Notes: a model not told the origin generated them from the letters alone. DNA of 64,000 nucleotides from Patescibacteria group bacterium (GCA_016861085.1 BOKR01000001.1:323271-387270), one strand, 5' to 3'. Shown: positions 30,566 through 40,281, numbered from the stretch's first letter. Made by a program: numbers and translations.

Positions 30566-31498
30566 TTAATGCTCGCTCTCGTGACTGTGTGTAGCCATAT
30601 TAAAGAAAACAAGTGAAAGCATTGAGAAAACCAGAGCCTGAATAAATCCTACAAAAAGTTCGAGACCATAAAATGGCATTGGAACAATTACAGGAAGAAG
30701 GAATGCCATAACTACCAAGAGTACTTCTCCAGCAAAAATGTTACCAAACAAACGGAATGCAAAGGAAATAATTTTAGCGAACTCTGAGACAATTTCGAGG
30801 ATTCCAACAAAGGTCATGATAGGGTTTGAAAAATTAAAGAATTTCTTGAAATATCCCAATTTAAGATATCTGACACCAAACACCTGGGTTATAAAGATAG
30901 AAATAATCGCTAGTGCAAGTGTTGTGTTGAGGTCTGCGGTACCTGGTCTAAATACTGGGACATATTTTGGACCTTCGGTTTCTTGCGCATGTTCTGTAGT
31001 AGCACCTTCTTCTGATTCTGGTGCTTCTGAAGTCACTTCTGACTCACTTGTGGGTTCAGCAACAACTTCTGATGCTTGAACTATCTTAACAAGTCCCGAA
31101 TGTTCTTCTACGGTTTCTGGTGCAATTTCGACTGCTTCTGCTTCTTCATGCTTTTCAACAATGCGGACTGTTCCAACGCCAGGAACGAGACCAAGCCAGT
31201 TATTTAGTAAAATCCAAAGAAAGAATGTGGCAATGAAAGGTAAAAAAAGACGGGTCTTTTTCAAGTCACCCGTTACTCCGTTTACAAGTCCGTGTAGAGC
31301 TTCAATAATAAATTCTGCAAAATTTTGAAGCCCAGTTGGTTTATTGGTCTTCTTAAGTTGTGAGTTGACAGTGAGTGCGAAGGCAATAAGGATTGCGCTA
31401 ACCACCATACTGGTAAACATTGAGTTGGTAATTACCAAATTTCCTACTGAGAACAGCTTTTCTGCTGAAATTGAGATGTGTAGTCCACTTGCTGACAT
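30566..31498 (-). CDS. atpB: F-type ATP synthase a subunit with an acidic insertion of about 70 aa
   Basis: C-terminal TM4-5 with the conserved Arg (FAFRLFGNIFAGE). An E/S/T-rich segment VRIVEKHEEAEAVEIAPETVEEH...EGPKY is inserted in a loop. Confidence 0.85.
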   Translation of the reverse strand: MSASGLHISISAEKLFSVGNLVITNSMFTSMVVSAILIAFALTVNSQLKKTNKPTGLQNFAEFIIEALHGLVNGVTGDLKKTRLFLPFIATFFLWILLNNWLGLVPGVGTVRIVEKHEEAEAVEIAPETVEEHSGLVKIVQASEVVAEPTSESEVTSEAPESEEGATTEHAQETEGPKYVPVFRPGTADLNTTLALAIISIFITQVFGVRYLKLGYFKKFFNFSNPIMTFVGILEIVSEFAKIISFAFRLFGNIFAGEVLLVVMAFLLPVIVPMPFYGLELFVGFIQALVFSMLSLVFFNMATHSHESEH

Positions 31499-31625
31499 GT
31501 TTTGTTTCTTTATTTTTAAATACTTTTTTACTATTTAACCAATAAACAGAATGCACATTAAGTGCGCATTCACACCATGAATTATATCGTGCTTTGCTAC
31601 TAGAGCAAGTAACAAATTGTGCAAA

Positions 31626-33584
31626 TTAGTCAACTAACTGAGTCAATACTATAACGGCGTCGTATTTGTCTGCTGTATCCTCTGTATCGATTTCACTAGA
31701 GTATTCAAATGTAAGCTCAGTTGTTTCTTCAAGAAGTTTTTGTAATTCAGGGTTTTCTGCTTTCATAAGAAGTAGATTGGTTTCGTCTGCACCAGTTTCG
31801 TATTCACCTTTAGCATTTCCAGCAGTGACATCTGTAAACTCAGCATCAGTAAGCAATTTTTTTATAGTGCCCGCATATCCAGCTTTGGTAGTTGCATTGA
31901 CAATAAGAATTGAAAGTTCATCTTTTTTGATTTCAACGACTTCTGGGGTTGGCGTCGGGGTTGGTGTTGGGGCTGGAGTTTCAGTGACAACCGCAGGGGT
32001 AGTTTCTTCGGTTTTGTTTTCTGACATTTTCAACAACCCAAGTCCAACGCCTACACCAATTGCTATTGTTATGAAAAATACGGCCACAGTTATGAACACC
32101 ATCTTGAGCATGTTATTTACTCCTGATGAGTTCTTTATAACCTTTTTTTGTGTTTTGTCAAGATTTTTCTCTGGCAATGGAGTCCCTTTTATTTCGGTAT
32201 CAACAGCTAAGCCGTTCCCCTCATCTGTATCTTTACTTGCGAATTGGGAAAGATCAATTTCGTCATCAGATGATTCTTTTTTTGGTTCTTCAGCCGGAGT
32301 CTTATCAAGAGTAGCAGGTTTCTTTTCTAATGCTTCGTCAGCTTTTGTAGTAGTATCAATCTCAGGAATTGAAGGAAGTTCTACATCTGTTTCAGATTCT
32401 TTTGCTGGCTCTGTCTCAACTGTATTTGTGTCGGTGTCAAGGCTTTCTATTGGCTCAACCTTTTCAAGTTCTTTTTTCTGTTCTTCTGTCATAGATAAAC
32501 TCCCCGTATCTTTAGCTGCCATAGTTGCTGCAGGAGCGATTGGTGCAGGCAGATCTATTTTGGCAGGTTCAATTGTTTTACTACTACTTTGAGTTTCATT
32601 GTCTTCAGGTTCTGTTGTTGGTTCAACTTTTGTTGGAACAGGTAATGAAGTCTCTTCTACTTCATCCTCTTCTTCAGTATCTTCGACTTTTTTTTCTGGT
32701 TCCTTTGTTAAACTAAGCATGTCTTCTTCAGTTGCTTTTCCAACTTTAAATTGAGGAACTGGGAAATCTGGGATAGAAAGTGTCCTCATGGTGGATTCAA
32801 TAATATGTTTAATGTAAGAAGGCATCTTTGAATCATCCTCTTTGAAAGAGACAACCTGTTGAATTGGGAGTGTTCCAGAGAGTTTTTCTTTGATATCTTC
32901 TTCGACTAATGAACTTGAAGCCAAGTACACTGATTGAATAGAAGGTTCTGAACCTTTCAAAGTTTTGACTGTCTCTGCTATTGCGTCATAATCGTCCATT
33001 GGGAAATTATTTGTTTGATCAACACCAATATAGTGTAGGGCTGTATATAGTTGTGATCCCATTTGTAAGACACTGATAGAAGGTTCTAGTGAAATGATTG
33101 CTTTTACAGACCAGGTTAAGGGTGAAACTGCAGCGATTGTGGTTTCCGATTTTTTGGCAGCACCTCTAATTGGAGCAAGTACACTTTTTTCGATTGCTGA
33201 GATCTGGACTTTAGAGTTACCTTTAAAACTGGTCAGAACCGTTGTTTCAATTTCATGAGTGTCTTTGGAAAGTTGTAGATCGGGTAACAAAACTTTTGTG
33301 ACGTAATCGAGGACTTTTGTTTCTGAAGTGCCTTCAACGGTTACTATTGTATTTGTGAACAGAAAGTCCGGAAGAATAAGATGGTATTCTTCTTTTTCGA
33401 GTTTTGAAAATAATTTTTCAATACTTGTGGGGATTAGTTCGTTTTCGTCAATAAACTCACCATTAATTTGCCTAAAAGACTGGATAGTAAAGGTATACTC
33501 TTTTTTTGCTGGAAGCAATTCAGCAATGTATGCGAGATCAGGTAATATGTAGAGCAATTTTTTTGTGTTAAGCATAAAATTCAA
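31626..33584 (-). CDS. multidomain membrane protein: N-terminal cytoplasmic domain, acidic disordered region, one TM helix, PT-repeat linker, C-terminal LytR_C-like domain
   Basis: TM helix MVFITVAVFFITIAIGVGVGLGLL, then TPAPTPTPTPTP, then LSILIVNATTKAGYAGTIKKLLTDAEFTDV...GNA, which resembles the LytR/CpsA/Psr C-terminal domain. Confidence 0.45.
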   Translation of the reverse strand: MNFMLNTKKLLYILPDLAYIAELLPAKKEYTFTIQSFRQINGEFIDENELIPTSIEKLFSKLEKEEYHLILPDFLFTNTIVTVEGTSETKVLDYVTKVLLPDLQLSKDTHEIETTVLTSFKGNSKVQISAIEKSVLAPIRGAAKKSETTIAAVSPLTWSVKAIISLEPSISVLQMGSQLYTALHYIGVDQTNNFPMDDYDAIAETVKTLKGSEPSIQSVYLASSSLVEEDIKEKLSGTLPIQQVVSFKEDDSKMPSYIKHIIESTMRTLSIPDFPVPQFKVGKATEEDMLSLTKEPEKKVEDTEEEDEVEETSLPVPTKVEPTTEPEDNETQSSSKTIEPAKIDLPAPIAPAATMAAKDTGSLSMTEEQKKELEKVEPIESLDTDTNTVETEPAKESETDVELPSIPEIDTTTKADEALEKKPATLDKTPAEEPKKESSDDEIDLSQFASKDTDEGNGLAVDTEIKGTPLPEKNLDKTQKKVIKNSSGVNNMLKMVFITVAVFFITIAIGVGVGLGLLKMSENKTEETTPAVVTETPAPTPTPTPTPEVVEIKKDELSILIVNATTKAGYAGTIKKLLTDAEFTDVTAGNAKGEYETGADETNLLLMKAENPELQKLLEETTELTFEYSSEIDTEDTADKYDAVIVLTQLVD

Positions 33585-33694
33585 TTATCACTATACAGTA
33601 TCTAAAAAAACTCGAGCTTTTGCAAGTCTTAGATATTTCACAGTTTTGTTTTATCTAGAGGTTTGATATAATATCCTCTCGTTACTGTTTGTGA

Positions 33695-33771
33695 GGGTCC
33701 GTAGCTCAGTCGGTTAGAGCGACAGCCTTTTAAGCTGTGCGTCCTGGGTTCGAGTCCCAGCGGACTCACCA
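33695..33771 (+). tRNA. tRNA-Lys (anticodon TTT), CCA encoded
   Basis: GGGTCCG acceptor, D-arm GCTC-AGTCGGTTA-GAGC, anticodon stem ACAGC/GCTGT with loop CTTTTAA, T-arm CTGGG-TTCGAGT-CCCAG, ending CGGACTC-A-CCA. Confidence 0.9.
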
Positions 33772-33790
33772 ACTAAATAAAAAATAATAC

Positions 33791-34678
33791 TTAACCTCCA
33801 GGACATATACTTTCACAGGGCACTCCATCATCATCTCCATCTCTTGCAAAGCAACCACAGTTATTTAACTGGAAATACGCCTCTTCACAAGAATCCATGT
33901 TTGTACATGTTTTAGAACAATTACAGCTGTAATTATCCACACTTATTGGAGGAACTGTTGTTTGTTTTGGAATAGAAGTTGCCTTTGGAGTTGGTGTTGC
34001 AACCAAACAGGTATCACCCCATAGCCCTTTTTTCTTTTCCCTAGCTTGACGTTCTGATTCAGTAAAAACTGATTGATATTTTATATCAGGGGGGTAGGAA
34101 CTCGATTGTGCATAGCCCTCACTAACTAAAACATTATTTATAAAAGTATCGCCAACGTGCACATACCTTAATAGTCTGCCATATCTGTCAGTTTCACTCA
34201 CATCTTTTTCTAGACGAACTTCTTTGCCCTCAACCAATTCCTTGTTTTTCTTTGTAGCTTCTGCTGAAAAGCACTCAACGGGTTTACTTGGATGTACTGA
34301 CTCTGATGTGTCAATACCTATATATCTAACTTTTTTGCCACCTTCAATTTCAATTGTATCCCCATCAACAACTCTAGTTACTTTTACGGTTTCAAATTCT
34401 GACTGAATATTTTGATCTAGTTTACCTTCATCAATAAGTGTCACAACAGAGGTTTTGTTAGTGGATTCATCGGATTGAGCTCTTGTAGTATCTGCAAATG
34501 TTCCAATACCAAACAAAGAGAACAAAAATAAACTCAAGAAAAACAATGTGATTTGTTTTCTCGACCACTGTCTTTTAATGATTGATTGAAACCTTTCTTT
34601 TTTAATTACAAAAAAAAGCCAGAGAAAAGGGGTAACTAAAAATAGCAAAACAAACAAGTTCACAAGAAAATTTTTCAT
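33791..34678 (-). CDS. secreted/membrane-anchored thermonuclease (SNase-like) with C-terminal Excalibur-like Cys/Asp-rich Ca-binding module
   Basis: N-terminal TM helix. SNase core VVDGDTIEI...RYIGIDTSE...DRYGRLLRYV. C-terminal DGDDDGVPCES matches the Excalibur DxDxDGxxCE motif. Confidence 0.7.
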   Translation of the reverse strand: MKNFLVNLFVLLFLVTPFLWLFFVIKKERFQSIIKRQWSRKQITLFFLSLFLFSLFGIGTFADTTRAQSDESTNKTSVVTLIDEGKLDQNIQSEFETVKVTRVVDGDTIEIEGGKKVRYIGIDTSESVHPSKPVECFSAEATKKNKELVEGKEVRLEKDVSETDRYGRLLRYVHVGDTFINNVLVSEGYAQSSSYPPDIKYQSVFTESERQAREKKKGLWGDTCLVATPTPKATSIPKQTTVPPISVDNYSCNCSKTCTNMDSCEEAYFQLNNCGCFARDGDDDGVPCESICPGG

Positions 34679-34728
34679 ATTATTTGATAGTCTAAACCCG
34701 GAATGCAATGAAGACAATGTTACCTTGA

Positions 34729-35628
34729 ATGTCTTTTGATATAATCAGCAGACTAATTTTAAAAATGAAACATTCAGAACAAAGACCAGGGGTGTTGGTA
34801 TTCCTTCTTGCAGAAAAGATCACAAGACTTGATTCTTTTTTTTCAGTTTTTTCAAGCAACCTGAATATTGTTGCTTTTTTAGAGCAAAACAGACAGGCTG
34901 TATATTCCGAAATTGCATATCGATTACAAACTGGTAGGAAGAGTGAAAATTTTGGTTCTTTCGAGCCACTACTAGATCAAGCACAAAACTATCTCCAAAG
35001 AGATACTCCAAGTCAAGAGGATTTGTCAGGGTCAAGTGGCATAAAAAAAATCGGAGCCATAACAAGAAAATTTAATAGTCAGAGACGTGCTGTTAAAACA
35101 GTCATTGAGGTAGTGCAGATGCACGGCACTGATTGGATTCCAATTGAATTCAAACGCAAGGTTGCATTTAGTGTTTTGGCGCTACCAATAATGTTTGTTG
35201 TGTATGAGTCAATGCGTGCTTCAATAATTGCAGCACTTCTTGATTCTGGTATTGAAGACATTACACAATTTCTTTTAGGTTTATATGCGATTGTTTCAGT
35301 TACTGGGTTCATCCAAGAACAGCGGACTCTACAGCATGATGATGCTTTAGTATTCAACCCATACAGCAACCTTTTTTCTTTAGGTCTGTCACCAAGGTTG
35401 TCTGGGATTTTTTCTAGAGCTCCCAGACACCTATTTGAGTTGAGTGCAGTTTTAAGTGCTTTTGTTACAGAAAGTAAATTCCATACTGGTATTTTAGCTC
35501 CTGTTTTATCAGCTGTAGTAGCAGCGATGATCTGGAGTGGTACTGACATAGTGTTTAATTTTTCGCAACAAAAAAACCAAGAGAGAAAAAAAAGCAATAG
35601 TGTGTATAATCCGATTAGTAACGTGTAA
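34729..35628 (+). CDS. hypothetical membrane protein
   Basis: 299-aa ORF with several hydrophobic segments in the C-terminal half and no recognised motif. Confidence 0.4.
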   Translation: MSFDIISRLILKMKHSEQRPGVLVFLLAEKITRLDSFFSVFSSNLNIVAFLEQNRQAVYSEIAYRLQTGRKSENFGSFEPLLDQAQNYLQRDTPSQEDLSGSSGIKKIGAITRKFNSQRRAVKTVIEVVQMHGTDWIPIEFKRKVAFSVLALPIMFVVYESMRASIIAALLDSGIEDITQFLLGLYAIVSVTGFIQEQRTLQHDDALVFNPYSNLFSLGLSPRLSGIFSRAPRHLFELSAVLSAFVTESKFHTGILAPVLSAVVAAMIWSGTDIVFNFSQQKNQERKKSNSVYNPISNV

Positions 35629-35643
35629 TAAGGAGGATTACAT

Positions 35644-36063
35644 ATGAAAAGATATGTAGGATTTAGTAGCATTGAAGCAGAGTTTGGTTATCCATCATTA
35701 GCAGATATTGGGGTAATGGAAACACACTACCCTTATCAACATGAAAAACTATCGGATGCAATGCAACGTTTGCAAACAAAGTTTCAGGTGTTACAAAATG
35801 AGTTAGCTGAGTTTTCTAAGGAAAAGTCAGGTTCAAGGTGGCAAATATTGGGTAGACCAAAGATCACCCAAGCAGAAAGACAACCATTTTTGGACAGAAT
35901 TTTGGCATTAAAAGATGAGTTACACGCACACTATCAAACAGCAAGTGGATCTGAGAAGAGGAAAATAATTGATTGGTTAATCTACATGCAGTCTATTATG
36001 TATGGACAATTAAAACTACGCAGAGGAAACTTTACTCGTGGTTTAAATGCTAAACACAAGTAA
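35644..36063 (+). CDS. hypothetical protein
   Basis: 139-aa ORF preceded by a strong RBS (AAGGAGG). Confidence 0.5.
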   Translation: MKRYVGFSSIEAEFGYPSLADIGVMETHYPYQHEKLSDAMQRLQTKFQVLQNELAEFSKEKSGSRWQILGRPKITQAERQPFLDRILALKDELHAHYQTASGSEKRKIIDWLIYMQSIMYGQLKLRRGNFTRGLNAKHK

Positions 36064-36072
36064 TTATTAACT

Positions 36073-36933
36073 ATGCCTGAGTTGCCGGAAGTCGAAACCA
36101 TTGCGCGTCGATTACGTGAGATTTTAATTAAAAAAACTATCACAAGTGTCACAATAGTAAAAGAAAAAAGTTTTCAAGGAGATCCACAAAAAATAGTTGG
36201 ATTGCCAATTTTAGATGTTAGTAGGCGTGCAAAATTAATTAAATTCCACCTACCTAATGGTTTACATTTGCTCGCCCATTTGAAAATGACCGGCCAATTT
36301 ATTTTTGTGGCAGCGGATGGTTCCCGACTAGGTGGTGGTCACCCTACAGATGACTGGATTTCACAGCTACCAAGTAAACATACTCGAGTCATTTTTGAAT
36401 TGCAAGATTCTGAAGGAAAAGCACATCATTTATTTTTTAATGACCAAAGGATTTTTGGTTGGATAAAAGTAGTCACAGATCAAGAAGTTGAGGCAGAATT
36501 TAGAAAATATGGTCCTGATATCCATACTCTGGATGCTTCCTTGAAATATTTTACCCAAAAGATATCAAAAACAAACCGGAAAATAAAACAAGTAATTATG
36601 GACAATTCTATAGTTTCAGGTGTGGGTAACATTTATGCCTGTGATGGTTTAAATACAGCATGTATTCACCCTGCTAGACGGGCTAGTTCCCTTACTCCTG
36701 AGGAAGTAAAAAAGTTACTGCACGCGCTAAAACAGGTAATAGTGTTAGGAATCAAATTGGGTGGTGCAACTATTGATCATTACAGAACTGTTGATGGATT
36801 TGCTGGAAAATACCAGGATCATGTACGTGTGTATGGTCGCGAAGGCGAACAGTGTAAAAATTGTGGCGGAACAATAAAAAAGATGCAACTTGGTGGACGA
36901 GGAACATACTATTGCCAGAACTGCCAAATATAA
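36073..36933 (+). CDS. mutM: formamidopyrimidine-DNA glycosylase
   Basis: N-terminal MPELPEVE catalytic motif and C-terminal zinc finger CKNCGG...CQNCQ. Confidence 0.9.
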   Translation: MPELPEVETIARRLREILIKKTITSVTIVKEKSFQGDPQKIVGLPILDVSRRAKLIKFHLPNGLHLLAHLKMTGQFIFVAADGSRLGGGHPTDDWISQLPSKHTRVIFELQDSEGKAHHLFFNDQRIFGWIKVVTDQEVEAEFRKYGPDIHTLDASLKYFTQKISKTNRKIKQVIMDNSIVSGVGNIYACDGLNTACIHPARRASSLTPEEVKKLLHALKQVIVLGIKLGGATIDHYRTVDGFAGKYQDHVRVYGREGEQCKNCGGTIKKMQLGGRGTYYCQNCQI

Positions 36934-36950
36934 TATATTGATACCTACTT

Positions 36951-38351
36951 ATGCAAACACTAAAAACAGATCTGTTGGTATATGTCTTTAACGTTATTGA
37001 AGATGAGTGGTCATTTGTTAGTTCAATCACAGATCCAATTAAGAGATTTGGCTACATTAGTGAATCTGAAGATGCTGCTGATGCGTATTTTCTTTCACAA
37101 GCTACAGAGAAAGAGTTTGTATACATTTCTCCTAAGCCAATTCCAGAGGAATTCGTTGAATACGCAAAGCAAAATTTTAATTTTTCTAACGCAGAAGTAC
37201 TTGTTCCGAGCATGAGGTCACACTTAATTTGTGAAGATCTAGTTGATGATTCAAGGACATTCATGTCTTTGGTGAGCAAGGCAAAACAGTATAGCCGGGT
37301 CGTGCTTACAAGCTATTCGGCAAGTCATCAATTATATGACCTAAAAGAGTCATTAGAAAAGTTGGGTATCTCAGTGTATTTGCCTGAGGCTCCGGATTTA
37401 GAAGAGGTTTGGACTGTTAATTTTTTTGGTAGTAAATCTGGAATTCGACAGTTGGCTCAAAAAAGTCAAACGAAAGAACCTGACTTTGTAATGCCAGAGG
37501 GAATTATCTGTGTTGGTCGTGAAGATGCTGCAAAGATAGCGGCTAGTAAATATATTAAGCAAAAGGGTGTGGTGATAAAGACGAATAAAGGCAGTGGTGG
37601 AAGTGGCGTGCTTATTTTTAGAGAAGGTGAACTTCCTACAGAATATGAGGCTTGTGAAAAAATTATTTTAGAGCAGATGAGCGAAGACCGATATTGGGAT
37701 CAGTTCCCAATTGTAATAGAAGATCTTATTAGTATTAACCATGCAGTAGCGAGTGGATTTCCAAATGTTGAATTCAAAATCCATAAAAACGGTAGGATTG
37801 AAATGTTGTATGTTTGTGCTTGCCAAGTTACTCCCAAGGGCAAGTTCTTTGGAATTGATATCAATGAAGATATTATTAATGATCGATTGCAAACAAAGCT
37901 TGAAGATACTGGTTATTTTATCGCAGAGCAATACAGAGCTGCTGGATATCGAGGACATTTTGATATTGATTTAATGATGGCCAAGAGTGGTGTTTTATAT
38001 GTCTGTGAATCAAATACCAGAAACACTGGTGGGACCGATACATACAAAATAGTACGAAGACTTATAGGAAAAGAATTTATGGATGAGGTGTATTCTATGT
38101 CTAGAAGCCGTCCAGAATGGTTTGCAAAAAATGGTCAGACTTTTGCACAAGTCATCGAAAAGCTTAAACCAATTTTATTTGATAAGAAGAAAAAAACTGG
38201 AGTTATTATTAATTCACACAACAGTATTCCCGATGGTAAATTGATTTATACGATTATAGAAAAAGATAAAAAAAAGGCATACCAAATGGAGAAAAATCTC
38301 ATATTGTTGCTTGGTGACCTTAAAAATTTGGGTCCAGAATTCAGTGTGTAA
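36951..38351 (+). CDS. ATP-grasp family ligase of unknown substrate
   Basis: VVIKTNKGSGGSGVLIF glycine-rich ATP-grasp loop, and a downstream acidic/Asn region (ESNTRNTGG) consistent with ATP-grasp Mg sites. Confidence 0.6.
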   Translation: MQTLKTDLLVYVFNVIEDEWSFVSSITDPIKRFGYISESEDAADAYFLSQATEKEFVYISPKPIPEEFVEYAKQNFNFSNAEVLVPSMRSHLICEDLVDDSRTFMSLVSKAKQYSRVVLTSYSASHQLYDLKESLEKLGISVYLPEAPDLEEVWTVNFFGSKSGIRQLAQKSQTKEPDFVMPEGIICVGREDAAKIAASKYIKQKGVVIKTNKGSGGSGVLIFREGELPTEYEACEKIILEQMSEDRYWDQFPIVIEDLISINHAVASGFPNVEFKIHKNGRIEMLYVCACQVTPKGKFFGIDINEDIINDRLQTKLEDTGYFIAEQYRAAGYRGHFDIDLMMAKSGVLYVCESNTRNTGGTDTYKIVRRLIGKEFMDEVYSMSRSRPEWFAKNGQTFAQVIEKLKPILFDKKKKTGVIINSHNSIPDGKLIYTIIEKDKKKAYQMEKNLILLLGDLKNLGPEFSV

Positions 38352-38361
38352 TTTTTAACAA

Positions 38362-39282
38362 TTACAAAAACCTTTTTAAAGTATTTGCGGCCGTTTGTAG
38401 TTTTTGTTTTTCATCCCAGGAAAGTTTGATTTCAAGTGTCCGCTCTACTCCACTTCTCCCAACGACACAGGGAACACTCAATGCTATTCCGCTAATGTCA
38501 TGATATTGGTGTAATGGAACTGAAACAGGCAAAATTGACTTTGCGTCTGTGAGGATTTTTTTGACAATGTGAGCAACAACTGCTCCAATTGCATAATATG
38601 TTGCCCCTTTTGATGCAATAATTTTGTATGCAGCATTTCTAGCTGCCAAGTATGCTTTCTCTGCTCTATCCTCTGAAAATCCAGGTAAAGTTGCAAGCGG
38701 TTGGCCACCTACGGTTGCGCTTGAAATTGCTGGGAACGAATGATCTCCGTGTTCTCCAAGAATATAGGCATGAATACTTTTTGGATTTAGTTTTAAAAAT
38801 TCTGACAAATGAAACCGAAATCTGGCTGTATCTAAAGTTGTGCCAGAACCAAAGATACGACCTTTAGGCAGACCAGCTATTTGGTATGCACGATACGTCA
38901 AGATATCTACCGGATTGGTGACAATTAAAATCACTGCCTCTGGTGCATGAGCAACGATTTTGGGAATAGTTTCATCAATGATACTAATGTTTTTTTGAGC
39001 TAGATCTAATCTAGTATCTCCAGGTTTTTGCGCTGCTCCAGCGGTGAAAATGACAACATCACTGTTTTTGATATCTTTGTAATCTTCGGTTGAGTCAATT
39101 CGCACGTGGTGTAAAAAACTGAGCCCATGCTCTAAGTCAAGTTGTTCACCAACTATTTTTGATTTGTCTCTACCGACTAAAAGTAACTCATTAATAGTGC
39201 CATCGTGAACTAAAGAGTACGCAGCAGTCATACCTACTTTTCCACAGCCAATGATAGAAACTTTATATCCACCGTTTTTCAT
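38362..39282 (-). CDS. ldh: L-lactate dehydrogenase (LDH/MDH family)
   Basis: Rossmann motif VSIIGCGKVG, substrate loop AGAAQKPGDTR (Gln at the LDH specificity position), and catalytic GEHGD. Confidence 0.75.
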   Translation of the reverse strand: MKNGGYKVSIIGCGKVGMTAAYSLVHDGTINELLLVGRDKSKIVGEQLDLEHGLSFLHHVRIDSTEDYKDIKNSDVVIFTAGAAQKPGDTRLDLAQKNISIIDETIPKIVAHAPEAVILIVTNPVDILTYRAYQIAGLPKGRIFGSGTTLDTARFRFHLSEFLKLNPKSIHAYILGEHGDHSFPAISSATVGGQPLATLPGFSEDRAEKAYLAARNAAYKIIASKGATYYAIGAVVAHIVKKILTDAKSILPVSVPLHQYHDISGIALSVPCVVGRSGVERTLEIKLSWDEKQKLQTAANTLKRFL

Positions 39283-40271
39283 ACTTGTCTTTTCAACTCT
39301 CTTTGTAAGCTTACTACTTTTTTAATTTGTATTTCAAGGGATTTCTGGTCTAAATGGTAATGCTTAAGTAGTTCGTTCCCATCACCTGATTGGCCAAATG
39401 TATCGGGTACTCCCATAGTAACTGCAGGAACACTTAAAAGTGTTGGGTCATAGGTAGCTACAGCTTCAAGGATTGCTGACCCTAATCCACCTGCTATTTG
39501 GTGTTCTTCAATAGTTATGAGAGCTCTTGTTTTTTTGAGTGATTTGAATAGTGTTTGTGTATCAAGTGGCTTGATAGTATGCATGTTAATCACTTCTACA
39601 CAGATACTTTTTTCGCCGCCTAAACCAGAACACAGTTTTTGAGCAGCTGCAATAGCAATTGAAACCATATTACCACAGGCGACGACCGTTATATCACTAC
39701 CCTCATTCATTATTCTAGCTTTTCCGATTTTGAATGGTTCATTAATTTTAGTAAGTCTTGGGGTTTTAAATTTTCCGATTCTTAAATAACATGGCCCAAC
39801 ATGTTTAGCTATTGCATGGGTAGCTTGGCGCGACTCTTCTTCATCAGCAGGCACAATCACTGTCATATTTGGCAAGACCCGCATAGTGGCGATATCTTCA
39901 AGGGCCTGGTGAGTCGCGCCATCTTCTCCGGTAGTGATACCCGCGTGTCCGCCTATTAATTTGACATTCGCATTTGAGTAGCACACACTTGCCCGAGTTG
40001 GGCCAAGTGCATTATTGACAATAAAAACCGAATAACTACACGCAAAAGGAATTTTCTTTTCAAGGGATAGGCCGGTAGCAACGCCCACCATATTTTCTTC
40101 TTGAACTCCCATTTCTAAAAAACGTTCGGGAAATTCCGCTTTAAACCAATGCGTTCTCATTGATTCTGTTAGATCAGCACATAACACGACGACTTGGACA
40201 TTCTCTTGACCTAATTCTACGAGTGCTTTTCCAAATCCATCTCTGGTAGTTCCAAATTTTTGTTCTGTCAT
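39279..40271 (-). CDS. transketolase, C-terminal (pyrimidine-binding) subunit
   Basis: Split transketolase. 330 aa corresponding to the Pyr and C-terminal domains. Confidence 0.85.
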   Translation of the reverse strand: MTEQKFGTTRDGFGKALVELGQENVQVVVLCADLTESMRTHWFKAEFPERFLEMGVQEENMVGVATGLSLEKKIPFACSYSVFIVNNALGPTRASVCYSNANVKLIGGHAGITTGEDGATHQALEDIATMRVLPNMTVIVPADEEESRQATHAIAKHVGPCYLRIGKFKTPRLTKINEPFKIGKARIMNEGSDITVVACGNMVSIAIAAAQKLCSGLGGEKSICVEVINMHTIKPLDTQTLFKSLKKTRALITIEEHQIAGGLGSAILEAVATYDPTLLSVPAVTMGVPDTFGQSGDGNELLKHYHLDQKSLEIQIKKVVSLQRELKRQV

Positions 40272-40281
40272 CTTTTTTGAT

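Noticed and set aside
32000-32100. Short tandem repeats (ACGCCN)n encoding TPTPTPTP; also at about 42400 in the sortase substrate
   Set aside because: These are coding low-complexity linkers, not a CRISPR array or a satellite. There is no spacer-repeat periodicity.
31666-32592. 308-aa plus-strand ORF rich in Ser/Val/Gly repeats
   Set aside because: This is an antisense shadow of the acidic low-complexity region of the 31626-33584 gene. The repeats reflect the reverse-complement of GAA/ACT-rich codons.
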